Positions 1-14,200 of a stretch of 64,000 nt of DNA are shown here, piece after piece (position 1 is the stretch's first letter; every line of letters begins with the position of its first letter). Source of the stretch: Sphyrna mokarran. Taxonomy: Eukaryota. The position numbers and the translations under genes are program-made. The stretch lies in contig JAGIQG010000040.1 of the NCBI GenBank assembly GCA_024679065.1, positions 8,990,001 through 9,054,000 on the forward strand, written 5' to 3'. The notes beneath the pieces were generated by a model. The model did not search any database. It was not told where the DNA came from and saw nothing but the letters and a program-made list of their open reading frames with translations.

Positions 1-115
1 AGAAGAGCATTTAGCATATAAATATCAATTGACAACCATTCTGTTGTATGCTCTCGCGTACAAAATGATTTCAGCCTCACTATTTTGTTCCCGGTGTTGT
101 CTTATTTGTGTTTAG

Positions 116-404
116 AGATCTGTTGGAAAATGAATAAATCACATCTCCAATGACGAGGAGATTACGGAAATTGATCTTCTCAGTGTCTCACTAAAGTTCC
201 TGATGTAGGACTCAATTGTGTGCTGGTTTGTGAACATGATGGCGAAAATGACCCTGCATATATTGCCGACAGGAGATAGTTACACCTGTAATTCTCAAAC
301 TTCTTGTATCTATTGATGCAAAGGATTGTAACATCTGCCATTCTCCAGAAAAGGAGCAGCATTCCTCTTTAACCATTATGTTCACCATTTCCATGGTAGC
401 CATC
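116..404 (+). pseudogene. Heavily decayed Ig C1-set constant exon relic
   Basis: Acceptor TTTAG at 111-115, donor GTAAGT at 405, 289-nt exon size. Across frameshifts it reads ..SNDEEITE..IVCWFVN..LPTGDSYTCNS../..QHSSLTIMFTIS, resembling C1 motifs (EEI, W-x-VN, SY-x-x-S, HSSL). Contains stops. Confidence 0.35.
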
Positions 405-943
405 GTAAGTATTTTCTACGGTGTATGGGTTGTACAATCTCGGTAATACGATGAGTCATGATCAGGTGTATCATAAGGATGGCCAGACCTTATGTGATAT
501 AAACAGTGATATTGCCTGGTGGGCATGGACTGCAGCGATTCAAGATAGCAGCTCATCACCACATTGTCAGGGGCAATTAGAGAAGGGCAATATATGTCAC
601 TGCTGCCCATATCCTATAAATGATTAATAATTATGCAGTAACGACAGAGACAGAATCTAATCTAATGTAGACAGATGTGCCAGTGCAATAAACATAAACT
701 GGCTGGGAGAGTCATGTCAAGCAATGTGTGAAATCCCTAGAGTAAGAGAGACTGTGATGTATTTAAATAAACAGTTTTTGCGCGTGTGATAATTCTAGAA
801 AAACGTACTTCATCCAATAATAACCGGCAAGTGTCAAGTCAAGCAAAATTATAAACAGATTCTTATTCACAACAGTTTGGGTAACGGTTTACAAAACTAA
901 TCATAGAGGGTTGGAATATTATAATTTGAATGATTGGTTCCAG

Positions 944-1215
944 TGTATCACTGACAGAGACAGCTGGGCCTGGAATGAGACTGGGACCTGATATAAAGAC
1001 CATTCCTGGGGTCTTGACGCAGGTTTCTTTGTCATGACGAGTGATACAGGGATTTGTGTGCCAAACACCGTCTGGAAATCCTATGACAATCGCAGGAGTG
1101 ACTGACTCCACCAGACTAAGAGCAGTTAGTCCCAAGGAGTGGGGCGGTTGGAGGAAGGGAGGGGGGTGTCAATCATGGTGGACTCCATAAAGTTTTGTTA
1201 TCTGAGACAACAAAA
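944..1215 (+). pseudogene. Possible second decayed Ig C-domain exon
   Basis: After CAG at 941-943 it reads VSLS*RV..GF...STRLRAVSPKEWGG../VNHGGLHKVLLSETTK, then GTGA. Only loose similarity to C1 E/F/G strands. Confidence 0.2.
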
Positions 1216-2857
1216 GTGAATCTATCAGAGGAACAGAAAACAATCTGCTCCTTCTCATTCTTGCAGGCAGTTCCACATTCATAGACAGAATTAGGACCTA
1301 ATGTGAGACACATCATCCGATGAAAAAAAGACAGTGCAACAAGTGTTAAGGGCACTTTCCTAGGCAACTTCGATCCAATGCTCATTTGTTCAAAGTGATG
1401 GCTTGTAAATAGAATTGAATTNNNNNNNNNNNNNNNNNNNNNNNNNNNNNNNNNNNNNNNNNNNNNNNNNNNNNNNNNNNNNNNNNNNNNNNNNNNNNNN
1501 NNNNNNNNNNNNNNNNNNNNNNNNNNNNNNNNNNNNNNNNNNNNNNNNNNNNNNNNNNNNNNNNNNNNNNNNNNNNNNNNNNNNNNNNNNNNNNNNNNNN
1601 NNNNNNNNNNNNNNNNNNNNNNNNNNNNNNNNNNNNNNNNNNNNNNNNNNNNNNNNNNNNNNNNNNNNNNNNNNNNNNNNNNNNNNNNNNNNNNNNNNNN
1701 NNNNNNNNNNNNNNNNNNNNNNNNNNNNNNNNNNNNNNNNNNNNNNNNNNNNNNNNNNNNNNNNNNNNNNNNNNNNNNNNNNNNNNNNNNNNNNNNNNNN
1801 NNNNNNNNNNNNNNNNNNNNNNNNNNNNNNNNNNNNNNNNNNNNNNNNNNNNNNNNNNNNNNNNNNNNNNNNNNNNNNNNNNNNNNNNNNNNNNNNNNNN
1901 NNNNNNNNNNNNNNNNNNNNNNNNNNNNNNNNNNNNNNNNNNNNNNNNNNNNNNNNNNNNNNNNNNNNNNNNNNNNNNNNNNNNNNNNNNNNNNNNNNNN
2001 NNNNNNNNNNNNNNNNNNNNNNNNNNNNNNNNNNNNNNNNNNNNNNNNNNNNNNNNNNNNNNNNNNNNNNNNNNNNNNNNNNNNNNNNNNNNNNNNNNNN
2101 NNNNNNNNNNNNNNNNNNNNNNNNNNNNNNNNNNNNNNNNNNNNNNNNNNNNNNNNNNNNNNNNNNNNNNNNNNNNNNNNNNNNNNNNNNNNNNNNNNNN
2201 NNNNNNNNNNNNNNNNNNNNNNNNNNNNNNNNNNNNNNNNNNNNNNNNNNNNNNNNNNNNNNNNNNNNNNNNNNNNNNNNNNNNNNNNNNNNNNNNNNNN
2301 NNNNNNNNNNNNNNNNNNNNNNNNNNNNNNNGAAAAGGCGATAGCTGCAAAAAATGTATTTTATTCATTCTTAATGAATGATAGGGAGACATACAAAGGG
2401 AATGCTAGGACAGTTATACAGACGAATCATCAAAATGGTCCCACTCTCAAATTTTAGCCTCATGGAGAACATATCTAATTTATTTTCCAAAGCTTCTGTG
2501 AAATCAGCTCGATCAATCTTTCAAGCTGTTGATTCTAGTTCATAACAACACTTGTGTAAAATAAACAGTCCCGTTTCTGTCTCTCTGCTTAATAAAATAA
2601 ACCTGTGCCCACGGGTTGCTGACCATCCTCCCAATTGAAATATTCTCTCTTTATTTAACCCACTCGCAGCTTCGCGATTTTAAATACTAATAAAAGTGTT
2701 CAAAAGACTGACAAGGAGTGGAGAACGACACCGAGAGTTTGGGGAAAGAAAAATGGAGTGCTGAAAGATAAATGCTTGGGAACAAAAAATAAATAGCAGA
2801 TGGAGAGAAAATGATCAAACAATGAAAGATAATAACTATCATTCCCTTTCTTCACAG

Positions 2858-3162
2858 AACCCGGGGTAACTCAGTGATCCATCCAGTTATGTCCAGGAAT
2901 GGAAACTCTGAACAGATCACACCAGACTCATTTGTAAATGTAGCACCGCAATGTGATCTGTGTAACTCTGCCCTGACTCTGTGGACAGATATAGGCCGCA
3001 CTGACAGATGTTCTCACCAGATTGTGGTCTCTGGATTTATTTTCTGCTCAGAAGTGAGATGTGCGGCTTGGAAGCGGCAGCATGAAACAGGAAGTTGTGT
3101 TACCTGAGATTGAAGCAACCGGGGCCAGTTTGATGTTATCACCGTGAACAGTCTTCCTGCCT
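2858..3162 (+). pseudogene. Decayed Ig C1-set constant exon relic
   Basis: Strong acceptor (TTCCCTTTCTTCACAG), donor GTGAGG at 3163, 305 nt. Reads EPGVTQ*SIQL../TRLICK..YFLLRSEM..AAA*NRKLCY..SSC, with stops and a frameshift. Confidence 0.35.
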
Positions 3163-5999
3163 GTGAGGGTGAACTCACTCTGAAAACACCAAGAACAGTC
3201 ACACAGATTGCTACCGGTCTCAGCATTACGTTCACCACCATTCCCATTTTAATGTATCAAAAAAATTATCATATTTGGGGTTTGCATATATTGATTGAAG
3301 GGAAGGTGGACGAAAGATTATTACTAGTAGAAAAGAGGGAAAATTAAAGCCATTTTTTCCCTTCGGTGGTGTTCTAAAGTAGAAATTTTCAGTGTTTTAT
3401 ATGTTGTGTGACAGAAATAGAGGAGAGAGATTAAATTGGTGAACGGGCCTGTTTCCAGCACTGACTTTTCCTCTGATGAGACTTTTTCCTTCACCTTTTC
3501 AGTCACAAGGCGCCTTAAACAACAAAAAAGAACTTTTCCCCCACCAACTAGTAGCCAGATCGGCTTCTGTGCATTTGTAGAAGTGAATTAATGGAGACTG
3601 ACAGAGGAGCAGAAGTTATGTAATTTAGTTGCAGTCTGAAACAGAGAGAGGAGAGAAGTTCAGTGAGTCATTTGAAAGCTGCATTGCCTTGACAGCAGAA
3701 TGGCCAGCTGTACATCACATTCAGGAGCGTCCAGGACAATTAATTAACATTGGGTATTGACTGAGACATGGAATGTGTAACTAAATACTGAATAAGTTAC
3801 CCATCGCATGTTTAAACGTAACTGTAGTTATTTACACAGTGGTACCTTACACAGTTACTGACCCAGGTTCCCTGTCGGCACGAGTGATGTGTGCATATTC
3901 ACCCCGTGTGTGCTTGGGTTTCCTGCAGGTTTACCACTTTCCCCCTACAGTTCAATGATGTAAAGGTTAATTGGAGTGGCCACGCTGAATTGCCCCTGAA
4001 TGCAACATGGCATAAGTTTGATCTGTTCCTCAATCCCCTTCAAACAAAAACATGTTGCACGATTCATCGCAAGTTTTCAAGAAAATATTACACACAATAT
4101 GAGCTCAATTAGGCATTATACGCGACACTTATTAGTTAGTAACAATAACTAATGAACTCCTTTCATCCACATAATTATATTGATTTTTAAGTTAATATAC
4201 ATCTATTCTTCTCAATCACTTTTCCTTTCATTCCATTTTACAGAAAAACAATTATTGAAATAGTGCCTGCTTTATTATGAGGAATCAGTGTGATGCAAAG
4301 TAACGCACGGATGCGTTCATACAGCCGAGCACAATAATACCCGAGATACAATTTCACATAACGTAAGTGCCAGAAGTGATGATTTGCAGCATTTATCACG
4401 GCATGTGTTCATGTATTCATAAATGAAGTGGCGCATAATTTATTGTCTACAGATTCAAGGTTTATTGCAATAATGTAAATTCAAATGAAATAAATGCGGT
4501 ATATAAAGAGACATAGCCGAGTGCATTACTGTACAAGAATGCACCACATGTGTTATTGCACTGAATATTGTCAAGTACAGTAACAACTGAGATCGGATTA
4601 ATTGTATCCCTTATAGAAACAAGGTCCAGCGCATTAATAAATTAAACTTCAATTGTGTGACACACACAAATACAGTGCTTTAAGAAAGAAAAAAAGAGAG
4701 ACATGGCCTCGTACATTACTGAGACAACTCCTGTGCAAGATGAAGTATTAACATGGTAAAATGCAGTAATAACTGAAGGAGGTACAGTGTGATAAATCTG
4801 AAGTCAGTACTTAGTAAAATATACATATATACATTGCCCATTCTGGAAACCAATTAGAAAAGGTCAACCATTTCTTCCAAAGAATCATAACCTAATTCAA
4901 TAGTAACGATATATGATCTAAAGTTATGAATCAGAGAGGATGACCTGTGATGTTGACTGAGAAAGAAGAATGAAAGAGAGAGAGAAAGAGAGAGAATTGA
5001 ATAAGTGCAAGAATAACATTCCAAACAGCGTTTATTGTCATATAATTAAATATTGGATCTTGTACAGAATAAATACAAGTATGGACTGGTGTAATGTAAT
5101 CAGAGGGATGGTTCCGTTAATTCACAATTAATAAAGCAGTGTCTTCTGTAAACTGGTCCGCTTGCCAGTGGATAATATGTTTTTCTTAATGAGTAACACA
5201 TTCCCGTTCATAGCTTTGAAATGTTGTACCAAATCTCCCATAAACTGCTCAGTTCCAAGGGCAAAAAAAACACAGGTTCAGTTGTTCTGATAGTGCAGTT
5301 CATGCATGATTACCATTAAGCTCTGTAAGAGCTTCTGCCTCGTATGTTTCTCGATGACATTGTAGGAATTGGTAGAACTTTAAAAGGATTCACATTAACC
5401 ATTGCCATCGTGTCAGAGTAAGAATCAAGGCTAGGAGAAGACTTGTTTCTGACAACTAAATGCACCAGTGTAAGATTGGACACAGATCTCAGAATTTAGA
5501 TGCACTGCACTAAATGTCATAATGGCAAAACTCAAAGTGTGATCAATTAACAGTCTTTTCTCAGTGGAATCAACATCAGTTTCGAATCAAATGGTAATGT
5601 GTTCAATTCCCGCAACAGATGATTGACTTTATGATCCAACATGTGAACCAGTGCTGTATGTTCATTTATTCCATTATTAGATGTGGTGAAATTTCAGTCT
5701 AAGGAGTAATACAACAACATTACAGTTATCAAGATAATATTCCAGAACCTTGAAGTAAAGTTCCGGAGCCAGAAGTTCAAATTCTCTAAATGTCTGTATG
5801 GATTCCCTTGTGTTGCTCCAGTTTCCCCCCACAGTCCAATGATGTGTGAGTAAGATAAGCGGACCAAACTAAATTATCCTTAGTGTCCCAGCATGTGTCG
5901 GTTAAATATGTGGTGTAAGTAAATATACTCACAGTGTAGTTAAGAAGGGAATTACAGAATTTTCATCTATGGACATTGAAATACAGTGATGTAGATCCC

Positions 6000-7330
6000 A
6001 GTCAAGAATGGGTTTTATGCAGACCTGCAGGGTAATTGTGTTCTTATGCAGCTATTGCCCTTGTCCTTTTAAGTATCAAAGTTAATGTGTTTCGAAGCTG
6101 CATTTGAAAGATTATGTTGCTGCTATACCAGTTGTGTACCGCTCACAGGCTAGATTTGCACATCTGTGACACAGAGAGTGCATGTTTAATGTGGTGTTGG
6201 GCATTAATTGAGTCGGCTGCGTTTCACTTGGTAGTGCCGAACTTGTTGTGTGTTGTCTCAGGACCATACTTCAGTAAGGTGGATAACATTAACTCACAAT
6301 GCTGACTTTTGCCCTGAATATGGGGGATAGGATTTGGGAAGTCAGGAGGTGAGTTACTCCACACACATTTCCCAATCTCTGACCTGCTCTTGTAACAATA
6401 TTATTTACATGGTTGTCCCAGTTCACTTTTTAATCAATTGTAATTCCCAAAATGATGATAGTGGATGTTTTAGAATGTAGTCATTCTATTTAATGACAGG
6501 CGGAGATGTTGGGGATCTCTCTTACTCGAAAAGGTAATCGCCAACCATTTGGGCGGCGTGAATGTCACTTGGCATTTTACAGCCAAAGCCTGAACGCTTT
6601 CTAATTCTTGCTGCTTATGGGCACGGGCTGCTTCAGTACCTGAGAAGTTATAAATATGCTGAATATTGTGTAATCATCAGTGAACATCCCACTTCTGAGC
6701 TCATATTAAAGTGAGAACATTAGGCCGAGGACTCAATCCTGAGGAGTTCCTTCAGCAATGAACTGTGACTGAGATGATTGGCTTTCAATAACCACAGCTA
6801 TCTTACACTGAACCTGGTGTGACTGAAACTGATGGATTTTTTTTTCACAGATCCCCATTGGCTGCGGCTTTGCTCGACTTCGTGATGCCACAACTCGTCA
6901 AGGTGTTGTGTCGAGTATAGACACCCTCAACACACATCATTAAATCAGCTATTTCCACTATATTTGGACTAAGATTAAATCCTCCTGCTACTCCTAGTGG
7001 GATCAAAACAGAGCATCATTGAACAATTGTTTTTAGTTGTAGTTGTAGCAGTATTGTTATTATTATTATGTTATTATTACTTTTTTGGATCATCCTTCAT
7101 ACTTCCAATTACATTGATGGAGTCTGGAAGCATAGGTGACAGGTGGTCGGGTTGGATTTGTCCTGCCTTTTGCAACAGGGCATGTCTGCCAATTTCCACA
7201 ATATTCTGTTTGGGGATGTGATGTAGCTATACTTGAATAGATTGCTGGGGAATAGCTGGCTCCACAGCACAAATCATTATTATCATTCCTGAAATACTGT
7301 CAGGACTCATAAACTTGGCACTGCCCAACG
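6000..7330 (-). mobile_element. Old degenerate non-LTR retrotransposon fragment
   Basis: Shares motifs with the repeats at 8860-9080, 10090-10800 and 34860-35220 (e.g. TGCCCTTGTCCT, GATGGTCATTGC). No intact ORF. Confidence 0.4.
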
Positions 7331-8099
7331 ACTTCAGTACAGGGTTAGGCCACAGATCAGTTATGATCAGGTTGCGTGGCGGAGTGGGCTCCAGGGGCTG
7401 ATTGGTCCACTCCTGTTCTTATGCTCCATGCTTGAAGCATCACAGGAGGCCAAGATGATGTATCCTCTTGGCCCTTCGGGCTGAAGATGGCAGCAATTGT
7501 GTCGAACTTGTTCCTTTTCCCTTTTGCTGGGATCCCCCATCATTTAGAATGGGGGTTTTATTTGAGGCTCTTGCTGCAGTTTGTTTTTCAACTATATAGC
7601 ACCATTCAGGACTGCATGTGGCAGAACTGCAAAGTTGGACCCTAACTGTAAAAATACGAATCCGAGTGATTGTGTGATGTATACATTGGCATGCACTGGT
7701 GCAGTATGTGTTTAAACAGGATGGCGTATAATATAATATATTCTAATCACACTCAGCGTACATTATTTTATATATGTATATAAGCACATGGTGCAATGTA
7801 GCATTCATTGAGACATTGCCTTCTTCATGCAACGTAAAAAATAAAGATTCTAATTCCATCTGTTGCAGTTACTGTAAAAAAAGGTCGCAATCAGCTATGA
7901 TCTATGACATTAATACATCAAGAATTCACACCTATAAATATAACATCACATCCCCATCTGTGGAAGGAGCACGAATCTAAAGTGCAACGAATTGTAAATG
8001 TTGCTGAATAATGCAAGTTAAGTGGTGTCGTGCAAGAATCTATCTTTAGGGATCTCAATTATTTACATTATTCATAATGGCTTAGATAATGGCACAAAA

Positions 8100-8850
8100 A
8101 TTCAAATATCCAAATGATAGATTAAGATATTTTTACAACGCACAAAGTTAAATTTAATGGATAGCCAGCGAGATTTGGGGGTTCAGGTACATAGCTTCTA
8201 ATAATGCCACGAACTGATGCAGGAAATAGTCAAGGAGGCCAACGGAATTCTGGCCTTCGTATCTAAAGGACTGAAGTGTAGGGATGTAGATGCCATGCTT
8301 CAATTGTACTAAATCCCGGTTAGAGCCACCTAGCGAACTGTGTGTAGGTATGGACACCAAACCTTTGGGAACATTTCAGCAATAGAACGAGTTGAACGCA
8401 GGTTCAGAAGAATTATACCTTGTCTTCAGGTTTTAAGTTGCGAGGAGAAATTAGACAAATTGGGACGTTTTCTTTCGAATTCGAAAAATGAGGGGTGCTC
8501 TGACATAAATCTACAGAATATTTACGGGGTAGGACAGGACGGATAAAGATTTGTTTTTTCAAAAGTTTAACGCTCGAAGATAAAAAGGACCATTATTTAA
8601 AAAATCGGACCAAGCCGTTCAGGAGAGTTGATCGAAAGCATTTCCACATATAGCGAGTGATGGACTTCTGGGACTCTCTCCCTCAAAGGCGATTCGGTGT
8701 TGGTTCAATTATTAGACTTATATCTATCATCCACTTTTACTAACAGGGGTATCAAGAAATGTGGGCCAAGGATAGGCACATATAATTTGGCCCAGATCAA
8801 CCATGGTCTAATTGAATGGCGGGGCAAGACCTAGAAGCTGAATAGCCTAC
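8100..8850 (+). mobile_element. Old CR1 LINE 3' fragment
   Basis: Degenerate 'AIERVERRFRRIIP..LSCEEKL' RT C-terminal motif, as in the CR1 copies elsewhere in the window. Confidence 0.7.
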
Positions 8851-8859
8851 TTCTGCTTG

Positions 8860-9080
8860 GGACATGGGCGTCGCCGGCTGACCAGCATTTATTCCCTATA
8901 CCTAGTTACCCTTGAGAAGGTGGTGATGGTGTGCCTTCTTGAATCGCAGCAGTCCGTGTTCTGCGGGTAGACCCACAATGCCGTTAGGGAAAAAATGGAA
9001 GGATTTTGACTCAGCGATTCTGAAGGAACGGCGATATATTTCCAAGTGAGAATGGTGAGCGGCTTGGAGGGGAACTTCTG
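8860..9080. mobile_element. Elasmobranch interspersed repeat (SINE/LINE 3' end)
   Basis: CAGCATTTATT..CCCTTGAGAAGGTGGTG..GCGATATATTTCCAAGT, also present at 10090-10290 and 34900-35000. Confidence 0.55.
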
Positions 9081-9332
9081 TTCCTATGTTCCTACGTTGC
9101 CAGTTTAGCATCAGAGCATAATACCTCAATCCATGGTAATGCGTGTTTGTTCATTTTGTTTGGAAGGATTGCTGACCAGGGAGCTGTTGGAGACAACGGG
9201 ACCTTTAATGTTCAGCTCAGCAAACATGGTGATTGGGATTTTTATTTTGTTCACAATTCCATCTGAAATATAGTTGGAGTGATTGTTTCTTAAGGCCCAG
9301 GAAGCAAAGATGTAATCTTAAGCTGAAGGAAA

Positions 9333-9333
<1 letters not shown>

Positions 9334-9371
<38 letters not shown>
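9334..9371. repeat. (TG)n microsatellite
   Basis: Direct observation. Confidence 0.95.
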
Positions 9372-9373
<2 letters not shown>

Positions 9374-9559
9374 CAATGCCATATTGTTTACAAATCAATT
9401 TCACAATGATAACTGGCGTCCTTCCATTTAAAATAATAATAAAAAAAAGTCACAGTGTAAACACATTAATTTTAGAATGTTTTCTTTATCACATGCTACC
9501 TTTATTGATGACCGAGGAGGAAAATCTTAGAGAGGTTGACTCTGTTACAACTGCTGCCC

Positions 9560-10000
9560 ATGAAACTACCAACTGTGGTTATAAGTTGTTGTTTTAAGTG
9601 TCGTGAATGAGACTGAGGAGTGTTGATGGAGGGCGACTTTTTCCCAGAATATGGCAGTCCCTGCTCTGCTACCAGTGTTGAATGTCTTCATGAGATTGAC
9701 GAAGGTAAAGATGAGCACATAAGGCACATGGAGCAGATATTTTTCCAGGCTCATTTTTTTTTTTCGTTATAAACACAGCAAAGAGCTTCAGGATAATCCG
9801 GATCTTCGAACAGATGAATGCTTTCAGATGTATCACTGGCAATGATGTACACATACCTGTAGTTGTTACGGTGTCCTCTCGTGGCTTTTATTCTCGGTAG
9901 TGCTGTGCTATTGAATCATGGATCTCTTGTGGAGCTCATCCTATCTTCCATCAAGAAGGAGAAGATCATCAATGTTCATGAAGTTGGTATTTATTTTCAC
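9560..10000 (-). mobile_element. RTE-clade LINE RT fragment (degenerate)
   Basis: Minus-strand 'LIFTFVNLMKTFNTGSRAG..FWEK' resembles the RTE RT motif L-x-x-x-F-x-DLxKAFDxVxR-x-GLW. Confidence 0.5.
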
Positions 10001-11224
10001 CAGTTGCCATCCATTCACAAAGTTGCATAATTTTACTCACCAGTTATCAACCATTCATAAACATTAATATATTTACGTTTTAATTTGAGGAATGTGGTCA
10101 CTGCTGGCTAGGTCAGCATTTGCTGCCTATCACTAATTGCCCTTATTAAGATGGTGATGATAATTCCTGCGAAATCTGTGGTGCATGTACTCACACAGTG
10201 CTGTTACAGAGGAGGTTCTGGGATTTCATTTGAACGGCAATGAAGGAAAGGCGATATTTTTCCAAGTCAGGTATATGACTGACTTGGAGCGGAATTTACA
10301 TGTGACATTCCCAGGTAAATCTTACCCCATCCTTCCAAATGGTAACAGTCGTGTGTTTGGAAGGTTTTGCCTGAGGATTCTTGGTCAGTTTCTGAAGTGA
10401 AACTTGAATATGGTGTATAATGTTGCTGTTGTTTGTGGGTGATGGAGGGAGTGAACATTTGGAAATGCTATGCCATCAAGCCGCCTGCTCTGTCCGAAAT
10501 ACGTTAAAGCTCCTGGAATGTTGTTTGAGCTGCACTTATTCAAGCAAGTGGAAGGAACCCTCTTTCATCCTGAGATGTGCTTGTAGATAGTGGACAGGTT
10601 TAAGGAGTTTGGAGATGGGTTACTCACAGCAAGCTGACCTGCTATTCTATCCGGAACATTTATATACCTAGTTAATTCAGCAATTAGCCAGTGGTAACCC
10701 CGACGATGTTTATAGTGGGTGATTCAGTATTGTAATATCATTGAGTGACGGGGAGCAATGGATAGATTCTCTCCTTTTGGAGATGGTCATTGCTTGGCGC
10801 TAATATTACTAATAATCTCCAAATCACAAAAAAAGTATTTCACATATTATTTTCAGCATTTTATTTATTAATGTAGCTTACTGAGATTCAAATTTATTGA
10901 GAACACTTTGGTCTTTCTGTCACCAAAGGATCTAATCTGTCCCAGAATTCAGCGGGAAATTGAATTAAATCAGACTGAGGATCAGGAGACGCTACCCAGC
11001 AGCCGTTGTGCTTTATTGACAAGTAATCACCTCATCACCACACATAATTCTCTGATGCAATAACTGGAGTCATTTTTAAAATGACTGCATAACTGAAAGT
11101 ATTCGTAACCATTGTTAAATATAATGTATAATATCTGACGTGACGTTATAGAACCTTAAAATCCAGATTAATAACTCATAGAGCAAACAATCCACAGTGG
11201 ATTGAGGTATCGGCCTCATTGTTC

Positions 11225-14200
11225 CATTGGAGCAGCACGGAGAGGCAGCGATTTGGGAGAGCGAGAAGTTCGATTGTTAAGTAGTTTTTTAACTTTTCTC
11301 TTTGTTTAAAACAGCGAGCGGGAGTAGTTTTTGCCGTTTTTTATTTAAACTAACTTGTAACCGGAAGTCGTCACTAGGAGGCTGCCGGTTGTTGTAGTTT
11401 TTCTCTCTGACTCTATAAATTGGTCCAGAGAGGTAACCCGATACTCTACACAGGTAGAGTATCCCACCCTCCCCCCTCCTCTAACCTAATAATAACAGTG
11501 TGTGAGAAGTTTTTTTTCTCTCCTGGAAATTAAAGTAACAGTGATGGCAGTGCAGGCAGTACGTTGCACCTCCTGCAGTATGTATGAGGTGAGGGACACC
11601 AGTAGTGTTCCTGCTGATTATACCTGCAGGAAGTATGCACATTTGCAGCTCCTTGAGGATCGTGTTAAGGAGCTGGAGCTGGAATTAGAAGAACTCAGGG
11701 TAATTCGAGAGGTTGAGGAGGATATAGGCAGGAGTAACAAAGAGATTGTAACTCCTAAAAGTGATAATTGGGTAACTATTAGGAGGAGGGGTAAGAAGCA
11801 ATCGGGGAGACAATCCCCTGGGGCTGTTCCCATCCAAAATAAATTTTCTGTCTTGGAGGCTACAGTTGAGGAAGAATCAACTGGAGCTGACCAAAGGGAG
11901 CAGGTCTCTGGGGGTGAGCCTGCTGAGAATGCTAAGGTGGGTGGGGGGAACAAGAGATTAGGCCTAGTTATAGGAGACTCCATAGTTAGAGGGACAGATA
12001 GGAGGGTAAATAGTAATAAACAGGACTCAGGGCTGGTGGTTGCCTCCCAGGGGCTGGGGTCCAGGATGTCGCAGATCGGGTTTTTAGGATTCTTAAGGGT
12101 GAGGGGAGTCAGCCCCAAGTCATAGTTCATGTGGGGACACATGATGTAGGTAGGACAAGGGAAGGGGATATTAAACAGAAATTCATGGAGTTAGGGTGGA
12201 AGCTTAGGTCCATAACAGGCAGAGTGGTTATCTCTGGACTCTTGCCTGTGCCAGGGGATAGTTTAGAGATGAACAGAGAAAGGGATAGTTTGAACTCATG
12301 GCTGCGTGGAGGGTGCAGGAGGGAGGGGTTCAGGTTCCTTAACAATTGGGACTCATTCTGGGATAGGTGGGACCTCTTCAAGAGAGATGGTCTACACCTG
12401 AACCAGAGGGGGACTAATATCTGGGGGGGAAAATTTGCTAAGGCTATGATGGGGGCTTTAAACTGATTCGGGGGGGGGTGGGATCCTAAGTAGTTGGGGT
12501 GCTGAGAGGGATGAGAGTAAGGGGGTTATAGAAGAGAGTTGTAAAACACAGCGGCGTACGGGTGGGGTGGGGCATGGTTTGAAATGCAAATACTTTAATG
12601 CAAGGAGTATTCGCAATAAGGGGGAGGAACTTGCAGCTTGGACCAGTACCTGGAACTTCGATGTTGTGGCCATTTCAGAGACTTGGGTAGGGCAGGGACA
12701 GGAATGGATGTTGCAGGTTCTGGGGTACAAATGCTTTAGTCGGAGTAGAGAAGGAGGTAGAAGGGGGGGAGGAGTGGCATTATTGGTCAAAGACTGTATC
12801 ACAGTGATAGAAAAGAAGTTTGATGAGGACTTGTCTGTTGAGGTAGTATGGGCTGAGATTAGAAACAGGAGAGGAGATGTCACCCTGTTGGGAGTCTTTT
12901 ACAGACCTCCTAATAGTTCTAGAGAGGTTGAGGAAAGGATTGCAAAGTCAATTCTGATTAGGAGTGAAAGTAGTAGGGTAATTGTGATGGGGGACTTTAA
13001 CTTTGCTAATATTGATTGGAATAGCTATAGCTCTAGCTCGTTAGAGGGGTCAGTTTTCGTACAGAGTGTGCAGGAAGGTTTTTTGACTCAGTATGTAGAT
13101 AGGCCAACTAGAGGTGAGGCTACATTGGATTTGGTGCTGGGCAATGAGCCAGACCAGGTGTCAGGCTTGGAAGTTAGTGAACATTTTGGTGATAGTGACC
13201 ACAATTCGGTTACGTTCACCGTAGTGATGGACAGGGATAGGCATGAGGCTGGGGGCAGTAGTTATAGCTGGGGGAAGGGTAATTATGAGGCCATCAGGAG
13301 AGAATTAGGGTGCATAGATTGGACTAGGAACTACAGGGACTGGGAACATCTGGAATGTGGAGCTTATTCAAGGAGCAGCTGCTGCGAGTCCTTGATAAGT
13401 ATGTCCCTGTCAGGCAGGGAGGAAATGGACGAGTAAGAGAGCCTTGGTGTACAAAAAAAGTTGATTTGCTGGTTAAGAAGAAAAAGGAGGCTTATGTCAG
13501 GATGAGGCTTGAAGGCTCAGATAGTGCAATGGATATCTATAGATTAGCCAGGAAGGAGGTAAAAAGTGAATTGAGGAGAGCTAAGAGGGGACACGAGAAG
13601 ATGTTGGCTGATAGGGTTAAGGAGAATCCTAAAGCTTTCTTTCGATATGTTAAGAATAGAAGATTGGGTAGGGCAAGATTAGGGCCAGTCATAGACAGCA
13701 GGGGGAAGTTGTGCGTGGAGCCTGAAGAGATTGGTGAGGCACTGAATAAATATTTCTCTTCGGTATTCACGCAGAGTGCTGGAAATGTAGCTATGGAGAT
13801 CACTGAGGTACAGGGTTGCAAATTGGGAAGTATTGTAGTAGATAGGGAGGATGTGTTAGAAATTCTCGAAGGTTTGAAGTCGGATAAGTCCCCTGGGCCG
13901 GACGGGATTTACCCTAGGATTCTCTGGGAGGCAAGAGAGGAGATTGCAGAGCCTCTGGCTCTGATCTTCAGGTCCTCGTTGGTTACGGGTGTGGTTCCGG
14001 AGGACTGGAGGATGGCGAATGTGGTCCCATTGTTTAAGAAGGGGAAGAGAGACCTTCCTGGGAATTATAGGCAAGTGAGTCTTACTTCTGTGGTGGGCAA
14101 GGTATTGGAGAGAATTATTAGGGATAGGATTTATAGTTATTTAGAGAGAAATGAATTGATTGGGGATAGTCAGCATGGTTTTGTGCAGGGTAGGTCGTGC

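Noticed and set aside
1382-2392. Long ORFs in the track spanning N runs (also at 39.1 and 59.6 kb)
   Set aside because: Artefacts of assembly gaps.
3014-3247. Minus-strand leader-like MLRPVAICVTVLGVFR + GTGAGT + VTQLPVS.. suggesting a V gene
   Set aside because: The intron would be phase 0 (leader introns are phase 1), there is no YYC or RSS, and the + strand C-exon reading with better splice sites fits the same bases.
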